Positions 9,632 through 20,309 of a stretch of DNA of 28,935 bases are shown in pieces (the stretch's first letter is position 1; the number at the start of each line of letters is the position of its first letter). The notes under the pieces are model-generated. The model saw only the letters and a program-made list of their open reading frames with translations. It ran no database searches and had not been told where the DNA came from. The translations under genes and the position numbers were made by a program. Source of the DNA: Vitrella brassicaformis CCMP3155 (taxonomy: Eukaryota; Protista; Chromerida); the NCBI GenBank assembly GCA_001179505.1, contig CDMY01000702.1:1-28935 (forward strand), in the 5' to 3' direction.

Positions 9632-11260
9632 GGCAGCAAGCCGGGCTGCTGCTGTGGGTGTGGCTGTGTGTTGATGGTGACGGCCTTGAGGGCGCCGCCG
9701 CGACGCGGGCACAACTCACACGGCACCTGATGGATGCACAAACAAAGCGAGCGACAGGCAGGCAAGAGTGGCACCGTGTCGTCTGATGCGCTGTGTTGTG
9801 TTGTGTGTGGTGTCGTGTGGTTCTCGCAGACTGACCTCCCAAGGGTCCTCTCTCCTGCGGCAGACGTCGCACCGCCACCGGTGCCGCTTCTTGTCTGGCG
9901 TCGTGGGCAGTCGATGTTGCGGTGGCGGAGGCGACAGTGGACCTGAGAAGAAGACAACAGCAACGGACCATTGACATGTTTTCCTCTCTGCCTCTCTCCC
10001 CCCCGCATACCGGCAGATGACTCCTTTGGGCAGAGTACCCGCTTGCCAAGTGTCATCCGCAGCTCAAACGGCTCATCTTGACCTATCGGCCCACCCGCCC
10101 TGGCGCGCTCAAGCAAGGCTGTCAGCCGACGCAGATCCCAGCCGTTCTCCCCGTCACGCCGCACCGCGGGATCGCACACATGTACCGCCTCGCCCTGCCT
10201 GTCATCGAGCGGCCCTGCCACCACGTGCAGAGCGTCTCGAGAGTCCTTTGCGGGCCTCACGCCGAACTCTTGGACATCCCGATAGGCCTGGTGGAACATG
10301 CGTAGGTCACCGGGGTCACTCCTCTTGTAAAGGATATCTCTCAACGATTTGACGACCCTGAGGACGCAAGCGGGGGGGTGCGATGACGCCGGAGACGGCC
10401 CAGCGGCAGCAGCTGCTGCTGCAGCAGAGGAAGAAGACGCTGCAGCTGCAGCTGCTGCATCGGGTGACGCACCCGACTCCGATTGCTGCTCCTCGACTAT
10501 GTGGTCGATGCCGTAGCAGCGGGGATGGACGTGCACACGGCAGGTGGCACACTCAATTAGCGGCTCCTCTGTCCCACCCTGACCACACATAACACACACA
10601 ACACACATAACAACCACCCTCTATGTGTGTCTGTGTGTATTGCCTGTCTGGCCTGCTCTCGCCTGCTGGCTGACTGACCTTGAGGCAGACGGCACAGATG
10701 TTGGAAGCGTATGTGTCGGGTTCGAGAACGAGGCCCATGGTGGGGGCTCCGTCGGCATCCTTTTCGGCCTCCTCGCCGTCCTCCTCGCCAGCCCTCTCGC
10801 TCTCCTCTCCGTGGGGCGGTGGGAGTGGCGGGGGGNNNNNNNNNNNNNNNNNNNNNNNNNNNNNNNNNNNNNNNNNNNNNNNNNNNNNNNNNNNNNNNNN
10901 NNNNNNNNNNNNNNNNNNNNNNNNNNNNNNNNNNNNNNNNNNNNNNNNNNNNNNNNNNNNNNNNNNNNNNNNNNNNNNNNNNNNNNNNNNNNNNNNNNNN
11001 NNNNNNNNNNNNNNNNNNNNNNNNNNNNNNNNNNNNNNNNNNNNNNNNNNNNNNNNNNNNNNNNNNNNNNNNNNNNNNNNNNNNNNNNNNNNNNNNNNNN
11101 NNNNNNNNNNNNNNNNNNNNNNNNNNNNNNNNNNNTCTCCGTGGGGCGGTGGGAGTGGCGGGGGCTGCTGCTCGTTGGCGGCCTCGTCGCTGTCATTCTC
11201 CTCGCCCTCACCGGCGGGTGGCGGCTGCAGCTGGTCTCCGTGGGGCGGTGGTCGTTGTCA
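9632..11260 (-). CDS. PHD finger + start of extended PHD (PZP/BRPF-JADE-NTO1-like architecture), copy 2; both ends unresolved
   Basis: Splices as ...ICAVCLK|(10578)GGTEEPLIECATCRVHVHPRCYGI...ESSA(10011)|(9942)GPLSP...RHRWRCDVCRRREDPWE(9836)|(9726)VPCELCPRRGGALKAVT into the gap. C4-H-C3 ligands are followed by the CxxC-x3-GGALK knuckle. An in-frame TGA lies upstream at 11258-11260, across the gap. Confidence 0.75.
10836..11135. other. Assembly gap (300 N) inside a probable collapsed tandem repeat
   Basis: TCTCCGTGGGGCGGTGGGAGTGGCGGGGG lies on both sides of the gap (10806 and 11136), with a partial copy at ~11236. Confidence 0.9.
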
Positions 11261-11660
11261 AAGGCCACACTCAATATAAAATGTCGGCAGCGATTGACGA
11301 CCTGCACATTGGCAGACAGAGACACAGTGAGGGCGTGTGGCCGTGAGACATGATGTTACCAAAGGTTTTCTTACCCTCAGAACTGATCTTGCCACACGCC
11401 GACACACAGAAGAGCACTAACTTGTTGGTGTCTGCGTCTCCCTCAGCAGCAGGCCCGAAGCGAGCATGGCATCGAAACAAGAGATCCCGGGATGTAAAAT
11501 GTAGTCAGCGATCGATCTGTCGACCTGCACACCGAGACACACAATCAACATCCTCGCTGGCCTTTCAGCTGACCCCATGCCGTACCCCGGTTCAGCTCCT
11601 GACGAGAGAGAGAACGACAGACTGTCTGACGTCTGTCGCGTACTCGCTAAACGAGCACTC

Positions 11661-13308
11661 CTAGGATGAGAGAATGACGCCCGGTAGGATCTTGGCGACC
11701 GCCGCGTCCTTCTGCTGCTTGGCCATGCCCTTCAGATGGTTCTTTATCCCACCCTCCAGGTCCCCGGCCAACTTGTACCCGGCTGCCGACTGGCGGATGG
11801 CGGTCCGCTCAGCCTCCGTCAACGGCTGCAATCAGACAGGAACAACATACACAATGTGTGATTGCCCTCCTTTGCGTTGCGTCGCTACGGAAGACCCACC
11901 AGGTCCCTCCCCTCGCTCGATGCCTCCTCCGCAGTCATCAAGTCATCGCTCTCGCCCACCGCAGCACCACGGCAGGCTCTCCCCCGTCCGCATTTGCAGC
12001 AGCAGCAGCAGCCCCATGGCCCGTCATACTTGCCATCTTCGCAGCACCATGTCGATTTCGTTGTTCATCTTCTGCCGCTCCTCAGCCATCTGCTACCCGT
12101 CTCCAGTGCCTGTTGGCCACGCGAATGAGCAGGGAATTGCCGTCCCATCAGGGAAGACCCAATCGCCGGTCAGCATGTTGATTGATGGGATGGTTATCAC
12201 ACGCTGCCCGCCACTGATGGTTGTGGAAGAAATCTTGACCTTCACAGGAAGGGCAGGTATTCTTCCCAGGAAGGCGGAGGGGGCAGCGACGAGGCGGCGT
12301 GCAGATGAACACGGGCCGATGTCTTGTTGCGGAGCTGCAGCAGACGGCGTGGCGACTTGATGTCTCTGGCGTTTTGGGTAACCAGTGCGCGGGGTTCCTT
12401 CCTCCGGTGCGCTTGGGCTTGAAGACCTTGAGGAGAGAATCTTCCTCCCAGCAACTGCGGTGGCGGTCTGTCGACTGTCGCTGGTGCACGCGGCAATCCT
12501 TGACAAACACACGGCCCTTGTGGCCGCGATACGCGCACTGGATCAGGATGACCTGAGAACGCATCCTGTGCCACCACGACACACACACACACACACACGG
12601 GTGTGCTGCAATGCTTGATCGTGTCGTGTGTCGTGTGTAGGGGTGTGGACCGTCGTCGTTTCCTTGAGGTCGTCATCCTTGAGGGTGCCGCCGGGCCACC
12701 CACAGATGGCGCACTGTGGGATGAGGCGGGTCGTCTTCTCCGTCTCGCAGCGACGGCAGTACCACTTCGGCTTGTTGTCCCGCCTGGCTGCCTCAACGAC
12801 CTCCCATTGGGTATTTGCCGGTTGAACTGGTGGATTGATGACACCACACAGATACACACAGACAGACACACTCACATAGAGGGAGAGACGGGCAAGATGT
12901 CTGCCTGTCGATGCGTTAGTTCCTGCCTCCCCTCCATCCCTCCCTTCCGCCTTCACTCACCTGCGCAGCACTTCTTGTGAACAGTAACAGAACATCTCTG
13001 GCATTCCTTGATTTCGTTCAGGCTGTCCCCTCCAGAACCAAAGCACACGCTGCACACAAGACACACACACACACACACCTGGATGCACTCCCCCTTCAAT
13101 GAACCCACCCCCTCCCTCTCACCCACCTGCAGAATTGTTGCTGCTCCTCCTCTTGCTTCTCCTTCTGAGCCTTGTTGACCTTCGTCTCGCCAGACCCACC
13201 GGCAGCAGGCTTGTTGTGCCCACAGACACCCGCACCACCACCGGCGGCAGCTGCTAGGGCTGATGATGACGCCGCGGCCGCACCGTCATCATGGTGGCCA
13301 CTGGCCAT
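11661..13308 (-). CDS. PHD finger + extended-PHD-like protein, copy 1; probably frameshifted at ~12395
   Basis: Exons 13127-13308, 12961-13049 and 12651-12826 give QQQFCSVCFGSGGDSLNEIKECQRCSVTVHKKCCAVQP...KWYCRRCE...QCAICGWPGGTLK. The next exon, from 12552, reads VILIQCAYRG...HRSCW. Later exons read MAEERQKMNNEIDMVLRRWQ|(11825)PLTEAERTAIRQ...VILSS*, with TAG at 11661-11663. Confidence 0.75.
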
Positions 13309-13449
13309 GTCCGCGTGTCTCCGCCACAACGTCAATGAACGAGTTCTCTTCCCACCCACACACGGCTTCTTCATTGCGTCAAGGTCCGATTTCTGCGAAA
13401 CTGGTGATGACATTCATGACATTCATTTCTCGTGTCTTTGCGTGTGCAT

Positions 13450-14000
13450 TGCCTTCTCACTTCCATAGCACTTCTTCTGGACCGAAAGAGTTTCGCTTGC
13501 CCTCGTTGAGCTCCAAAAAGTACACAACGCGGGCAGGGCTGAAAAGGAAGGAAGCAGAATGATATGCCGTCAGTTCTCTCACGTGTCTCTTGTCCCCTTC
13601 CCTTAGCGTCAACGAATGCACGAGGTGTGCGCGCTGGCAAAGGTCGGTCAAGTCTGATGTCAAGTCAACGAAGCACTTCTTTCATCATGATCCTGTGTGC
13701 CCAGCACATGTACCTGAGAGATGGTCCTCGTGGCGAGCAGCTCATTTGGCGCCATCATGATGCTGGTCCATATTAAGGGGCCTGCCTGCATCTGAAGGAG
13801 CGCCCCGAGCAGGCACACAGGCAGGCAGGCAGACAGACAGGCAGAGACAGACACACAAAGAGAAGTGGAAGAGATATGATGACCAGAACTGAACATGTGT
13901 GTAATCCTCTTTCGTCGTCTGTCTTCACGTGTACCTGCGCGGAAGGTAATAATCTTGTCACACACAATGCGCTATGAAGGAATTCCGTCTGGCTGCGGCT
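13450..14000 (-). other. Possible further exons (small ORF, or 5'UTR exons of the PHD gene)
   Basis: GT-AG pairs give a phase-0 chain QTEFLHSALCVTRLLPSAQ|MQAGPLIWTSIMMAPNELLATRTISQ|RAHLVHSLTLREGDKRH..., but no recognisable homology. Confidence 0.25.
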
Positions 14001-15389
14001 GCAACAAACGACAAAGGCCTCAGAAACAACAAACAAGAGCTAGCTACACAAACAAACATACACACACATACAACCACACGGCTGGCGGTCTCTATTCAGT
14101 ACATCCTCTATAATCTATTCATTTTATGTGCGTGCGTGTGTCTGTGGAGGGGCGGAGGAGTTAATTAGCTGGATTGATGAATTTGACAACAAAGAGCGAA
14201 TTAAGGAGGGGAGAAGGGAGAAGGCCGTCGGTGGTGGGGTGTTTGTTGCTGTATGTATTGCCGTGGCGTCGATGCGCGTCCACAAGTCGAAGCCGGGTCT
14301 CGTTACCATTTCTTTGAAGCGTAGAAGCCCATGAGGCGGGCGATGAGGCCATGAGGCGGGCGATGAGGGAGGCGATGGGCGTCGATCGAGAGCGAGAAAG
14401 GAGGAGGAGGAGGAGGGGGAGAGTTTGAGCGCTTGTCCCTTCTTTCTTGAGAGAGAGTCTGAAGATGGGGGGGAACTGCCGCGGACGCGCCTTGTCATCG
14501 ACGCCGGCGCTACACACAGAATGTGCTCAACTTTCCTCGTTTGTTTGTTTCTTCCGCTCACCGGCTTTCTGTTCCTTTTCCTGTAGTCGAAAGGAGTTGT
14601 CTGTGCTGCAGCAAAAGCTAAATCAGAGTGAATACTGGTTCGTTAGCGTACACTGATCCCCTGATTCACTGAATGCTTCACCCACCTTTTGAGGACTCCG
14701 CCGAGAAAAGGAGACGGCAACCAGGGAAACACGCCAAATTATTTCATCTGCAGACAAACATGCCAACAGGGTACACAGCAATGAAGCGGACAACCTAATA
14801 ATCCTTGAATATCATTCACACACCATACCGACACCGCAACCAACAAAAAGAGATATGACACGTGTGCCCACCTGACAGGATGTTTAACGTTTGAAGACAG
14901 AAGAAGGCGTCCGCGCACTCAGCTGACGCCAGAGAGATGTCAGGCGGTCGCCACCCATTCAGCAGAAGAAAGGGCGCCACCGGCTGAGGCACTCGCGGCA
15001 CGGCGGTAGAGGAAGGAAGGGGCAGACGACATTCGGCCAAGTCGTGAGGGGCAGGAGGGAATGGGGCGGACCGCGCAAGCCAACGACCACTCACCAAGAG
15101 AGGAGGGAGGCTCAGGCTGATGTCATCGTCTGACGGGCGGGCGGGTCAGGGGCGGTCAGGTGGACTCGTCCTCTTCGCAAACGGCGAGCAGGGGGGGCTG
15201 GGTGGGCCTCGGGCGGGTGGCGCCCGACCTCTCCCGCCGAAAAATGAAAGGAAACGAAGGAGATGTGAGGCGAACAGTGAGAAATGAGGAGAGCGGCTCG
15301 AGAACTGTTTGATATCCCTTGTTCGATAAATTCCGTCTCAGAGACGGCTATGATCTGAATTCTCGCCGCGATTCTCGCCGCAAGCGCAA

Positions 15390-15398
15390 AAGCTCGCA
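15390..15398 (-). promoter_or_regulatory. TGCGAGCTT motif ~140 bp upstream of the rsmJ ATG
   Basis: AAGCTCGCA on the plus strand. Confidence 0.4.
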
Positions 15399-15533
15399 AA
15401 ATCGTGGCCTGCCTAGGACCGGCTCCCCAGGGGAGAAACTTATCTAGGAGTAAAGGAAAGAAGAACTTGAAGATCTGGTCTGCCATCGTGAGTGCATCTC
15501 TCCCTGTGCAGCGGCCCCTTGCCTAACTCATCC

Positions 15534-16786
15534 ATGCTGCCTGTTGCGGCAGCTGCCGAGCTCCTCACATTCACCGGGCCGCCTTTGCGTCTTCAGCACT
15601 CTCTCAGCCGCCGTCACAGTCACAGGCTGCCTGCCCATGCGCATCTCTTCGCCGCTGCCTCTGATGAGCCGATTGGCCCTCCTGTCTGCATCGTCGACAC
15701 GGACACGTCAGGCAAGCAGTCCGCCCGGGAGATCTCAGAGCGGTGCGGCATTCCCCTGGCGACGGCTGACCAGTCAGAGTGCTCGTTTCTGCTGGAGTAT
15801 CGGTCGTCCGACGGGCATCTGACGTTGAGGAGAAGAGGGGACTCTGTCAGATCTGCGTTGAGTGTGGACTATGTGGGCGGGCGGCTGGGCAGGCGGCTGG
15901 TGGGCGTGTCGAGGGGGCAGGGACCGAGGGAGATGGTGGCAAAAGCCGTCACGTCAGCCAAGGTGAAGGCTCCGTGTGTGTGGGATATGACGGCAGGTGA
16001 GGAACACGAACACTGCAAGGCGTGTGATGTGATGGTTGTCATGGGGTCCTGTAGGGCTGGGTCGTGATGCTGCTGTGTTGGCTGCCGCTGGCTGCACCGT
16101 GCGCATGTTGGAAAGACATCCTGGACTCGCTGCATTGCTCGAAGGTCGGTCACACATGCACATACATAGCGGGCATGACTCTGACCCCTGTTTGGTTGGC
16201 TCCTCCTTCAGATGGTGTGCAGCGGTTGCATCGTCACACTGACGCGAACACCCGCCCAGCAGCCGATAGCCAGGGCATCTTCCTTGACGGTACTCCTTCA
16301 GCCGCCCTTGTCCCTGGACCGGGGTTCAGCAAGCGGCTGTTGGGCTGCCACTGTATGGACAGCTCGGGGCTGATTAAGCCTGGTGATCTGCAGCGAGATG
16401 TGCCGTCTTGGATGACGGACGAGCGGCCGGACGTGTGCTACCTGGACCCAATGTTCCCGCCACGGACAAAATCAGCCGAGGTACATCGACAGGACAAGAC
16501 ACCACACCAGACATAGGCATGCTCTACTTGACTCTGTGTGCGTCAGGTGCGAAAGGATCTTCGTCTGCTGCAAGACCTCCTCGGGCACTCGGACACGGAC
16601 GCCGACCACGAGATGCTTTTCCGCACGGCGCTGCGCCTGTGTCGGTGGCGTGTGGTGGTGAAGCGGCCTGCCTCTGGTCCACCACTGCTGGGTGTGCAGC
16701 CGTCCATGTCTGTGAGAGGCAGAGATACCATCAACCGTTTCGATGTGTACCTGAAAGATGAGTTCGCGACGTGGGCTGATGGGTGA
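15534..16786 (+). CDS. rsmJ: RsmJ (YhiQ)-like 16S rRNA m2G1516 methyltransferase with N-terminal extension (putative organelle targeting)
   Basis: Exons 15534-15996, 16055-16144, 16212-16480, 16547-16786. Motifs: [55 protein letters not shown]. All match the RsmJ family. Confidence 0.9.
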
Positions 16787-17196
16787 CAAGTCTGTCGGTT
16801 GGAGGGCGTTGGATCCTGCGAGTGCTTGTCGATAGTTCTGTGGTTCTGACGTTTGGTTGGATCTTGCCATGAGCATTGAAGTTTGAAGCTGACGCTTTTC
16901 GCTCGACGGAAGCGGCTCTGTCGGTGAGGTGCCTGTGCTTGAAGCCTCGGTGCTCAGGTTACTGCTGACCCTTGCTTGTTGCACTTTGCTGGATCTCTTG
17001 CGGCACCCCGCGACACATACATGCAGCCATTCATTCTGCAACAGTCAGCAACACGCGAAAGTCTCAACACACACCACCAGTCACATCACCGTCAGTCAGT
17101 CGCGTCCATCCACCCCCCTTGGTCGCAGCAACAGCGGCAAATCAGCCCCTGCTGCGTGCGTGCGTCTTGCTTCCACGCGTCCGTCCCCCGCCGTGC

Positions 17197-17766
17197 TCAG
17201 ACGTCGGCGATGGTGACCTCGACCTCCACCCCAGGCTCGATAGAGATGGAGGTGATCTGCTTCACCACGTCGGAGGGCGAGTGCAGGTCAATCAGCCGCT
17301 TGTGGATACGCATCTCGAAACGGTCCCACGTGTTGGTGCCTGCACACACGACACACCGTTGTGCTGATCTGCCTCTGCCTGTCTCGTGTCGCTCCCTCCC
17401 TCCCAGCTCACCCTCTCCGCATGGTGACTTGCGCGTGGTGATTCTGAGGGTCTTGGTGGGCAGCCTCACGGGTCCCTTCACCTGGAGGTTCTTCTCCTTA
17501 GCGCCGCTGATCAAATCGCTGCACACTGAACACACACAGACACCCACGACAACCGCAGACACTCACCCCACGTTGGCAGACGGCCTTGGCGGCGGTGTTT
17601 TCCCCCTCTCTTCCCCTCTTGGTGGTGTGTGTATACCTTTCTCGAGCGATTTGACGTTCTTGCTGGTGAGGGTGATGCGGATCTTGTGCATCCGCGTTTC
17701 GTCCCCTCCCTCGCCCATCCCGGCCTTGCCGGCCGCCACTGGCTTCATCGCTGTCGCCGTAGCCAT
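17197..17766 (-). CDS. RPS20: 40S ribosomal protein S20 (uS10)
   Basis: Exons 17637-17766, 17412-17525, 17197-17339 total 387 nt (128 aa). Contains [75 protein letters not shown]. Confidence 0.98.
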
Positions 17767-17996
17767 GCTGGGCACCACGCAACAGCCAAGACAAGTCCTC
17801 ACAAGCGCTTTCACGTTCTGACAATTGCGAGCTTGATAGTTAGCTTGATCGCAGCTGCGAGCTTTTGGCGAGCAGCGAAATCACTTTTTTGACGCGTTTC
17901 TGACGTCCATCCTGCCTTTCCAGCCTTCTTGTCGCATCTGCATCGAAGATCTGCTGAATTGGCGTCAATTATGCAGTGAGGACTTCGCGTGCCTTC
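17767..17996. promoter_or_regulatory. 230-bp bidirectional promoter between RPS20 and nitrilase, with two TGCGAGCTT motifs (17826-17834, 17856-17864)
   Basis: ATG-to-ATG spacing and motif positions read directly from the sequence. Confidence 0.6.
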
Positions 17997-19219
17997 ATGG
18001 CATCGGCCTCCAGCCAGTCGGGCAGGCGCCCTGTGAAGGTGGCTGTCGTCCAGGCAGGCACGTACATGTTCAACACGCCCAAGACGATAGACACGCTGGA
18101 GCGGCTGACGGCAGATGCCAGGCAGCAGGGCGCATGTATTGTGGTCTTCCCGGAGGCATTCGTGGGCGGGTACCCCAAGTTCGCTGTAAGCACCAGAAAA
18201 AGACAGAGAATATGGCGAGGCCACTTACCCACCAGGTGATATCCCTCTGCTGTGATCCCTCTGGTAGGACTTCGGTGTTCGTGTGGGCTCCCGATCTGAG
18301 CAGGGACGAGACCTCTATCGATCATACCACGACGCTGCAATCACCGTGCCGTCAGCAGAGACCGACCGCATCGGATCCGTCGCACGGCAACACGGCATTT
18401 ATCTTGTTGTTGGTGTCATCGAGAAGGATCAGGGCACCCTCTACTGCGCCGTCCTCACCTTCGCTGACACAGGAGAGCTCCTGGGCACGCACAGGAAGGT
18501 CCTGCCCACTGCGGCGGAGAGGTACATCTGGGGGCGAGGCGATGGCAGCACCATGCCTGTGTTCGACACCAATTGCGGCAAGGTGGGGGCTTGCATCTGT
18601 TGGGAAAACTACATGCCGCTGATGCGGATGGCCATGTACGCCAAAGGCATAGAGATCTACTGTGCGCCTACGGGTGGGGTGGGATGGGTGGAGGAAGTCC
18701 ACACACATAGAGAACAGCGGACATGCCCTCTCTGCAATGTGTGTGCCGTCTGCAGTAGACGACCGCGACACATGGCTGAGCACTTGCCGTCACATCGCCG
18801 TCGAGGGCCGCTGCTTTGTCCTCACAGCCGTGCAGCACTTCACACGAGACCACTGGCCAGACTGCGACCTCTCCGTGCCGGCGGCAACCGGCTCGTTAAG
18901 CGACGATGGATCATCCGAACCCCGCCCTCTGATCCGCGGCGGCAGCGCCATCGTGTCGCCCTTTGGTGAGGTGCTTGCCGGCCCCCTATTCAACAAGGAG
19001 GGTGTGCTGGTGGCGGAGATCGATCTCAATGACGTCACCAGGGGCAAACTCGACCTCGATGGTGAGTGAGCTAGAGGGGGGATATAATGGCGCATCATGT
19101 GTTTTGATGTGATGTGTGGGTTTTGGTCAGTGAGCGGTCACTACGCGCGGTCCGACATCTTTCAGCTGACTGTCGACGAGCGGCCCAAGGCGTCTGTGAC
19201 CTTTTTTGCGGCCGACTGA
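17997..19219 (+). CDS. Nitrilase (branch-1, plant NIT/aliphatic-nitrilase-like)
   Basis: Exons 17997-18185, 18268-18673, 18756-19061, 19131-19219. Catalytic triad intact: FPEAF (E), HRK (K), ICWENYMP (C). Also [21 protein letters not shown] and [12 protein letters not shown]. Confidence 0.95.
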
Positions 19220-20309
19220 GGCGCAGGCAGCGACTTTTTCTGTTGCTGATGCCGCTTATGGATGTCACTGACACGTGGCTGGGAAGCACTGTGTTTTCTG
19301 ACCGGTCTTGTCTCTCTGTGTGTTGCCGAGAGGTACACTCACTCTTCACGAACCCTTTACTTGTGCTTCGATCGGTCGTGTTTGGCCGACCCATTTCTGT
19401 GTGTCGAGAACGGCTGCTGTGCACTACTATAAGCCGGCAGACGACGTACAGACGACATACATGGCCCTTTTTTTATTGGGTGCGATGCTCTGAGATGCAG
19501 AGGTGAACGACTACTGGGCGTACACGATAGGCTCCCCGGCATGACTGATGTGCGTGTAGTACTCGTCTACCGGCCGGTCCATCGGTGGTGACTGCACTGT
19601 GGATGATGCACATCCGTACGATTGTGTTCGCGCGTTGTCGAGTGCGGTACGACCAGTAAGTATTTTTTTTATTGTCGTATTTGGTCCGTGGAGGCGCCAA
19701 CTATGCCTCTTGTGGGGGCCTCTCAGGACCACTTCGACCATAAAGATACACCACCCGACGTACGGGATGGCTGGTCGATGGACATTCGTGTGACTGTGTT
19801 TGCAACGTCCACTTAATCGAGAGTCGGGAAGTCTCACTCACACACACACGCACACTCAGCCCCATGCACATACATAAGACACACATCCATCCATCCACCC
19901 ACACATGACATTTATCAGCAAGGGAATGCAGGCGAGAGGGGGCGAGTCAGAACGGCCATGATTTATCTACACACAGATTGACCCATCACACAGCCGTCCC
20001 CTCCCGCCCCCGCTCACCCACCCACCGACAAGCGTCAATTCTATCTGTTCACATACCTCCGGCTGTGCTACCTGCGTGGCAACCCTGTACTCTTCCCTCC
20101 TTACTTGCCCTCCTTGCCTATCTCCCGATACCCTCAACCTCCCAGTGCTATCGTGAGAGAGAGAGAGAGAGAGTCAGTCAGATACCCACCCAAAAAACCC
20201 ATCCATCCTTTCCGTCCGTCAGCCATATACATTGGTGTATCCACACGTTCATGGATGCGTATGCATGACACATACACAGACGAAAACAGAAGAGCAATAC
20301 TGAAACGAA

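Noticed and set aside
9262-11353. ORF-track entries that span N runs (also 3700-4635 and 20626-21357)
   Set aside because: The gaps are uniform ~300-N placeholders, so reading frame across them is meaningless.
4915-11500. Repeated plus-strand TATAAAA (about 4917, 6823, 7076, 8102, 11275) as TATA boxes
   Set aside because: All lie inside duplicated minus-strand modules and have no plus-strand gene downstream. The recurrence is explained by duplication.
6833-11510. In-frame TGA in module A copies (GAT CGC TGA) aligned with TGC in module B and the 4.9 kb copy, as a possible selenocysteine/Cys pair
   Set aside because: A 5-nt indel between modules A and B means the TGC is not in B's spliced frame, so the Cys is not shown to be coding. 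I identified no SECIS. A point mutation or a genuine stop is simpler.
4800-13400. Transposable element as the source of the repeats
   Set aside because: No transposase, reverse transcriptase, terminal inverted repeats or target-site duplications were seen, and the repeats coincide with host-style exon/intron junctions.
14329-14368. 20-bp perfect tandem duplication (CCATGAGGCGGGCGATGAGG x2)
   Set aside because: Real, but most likely simple slippage with no sign of function.
15112-15486. 124-aa minus-strand ORF divergent from rsmJ
   Set aside because: No motif; it overlaps the putative promoter and looks like 5'UTR sequence (donor at ~15094). Not supportable as a CDS.
17340-17636. snoRNAs in RPS20 introns
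   Set aside because: The introns are only 72 and 111 nt, with no convincing C/D or H/ACA boxes.
19500-19904. Short ORFs downstream of the nitrilase
   Set aside because: No homology cues or consistent splice chain; probably UTR or intergenic sequence.
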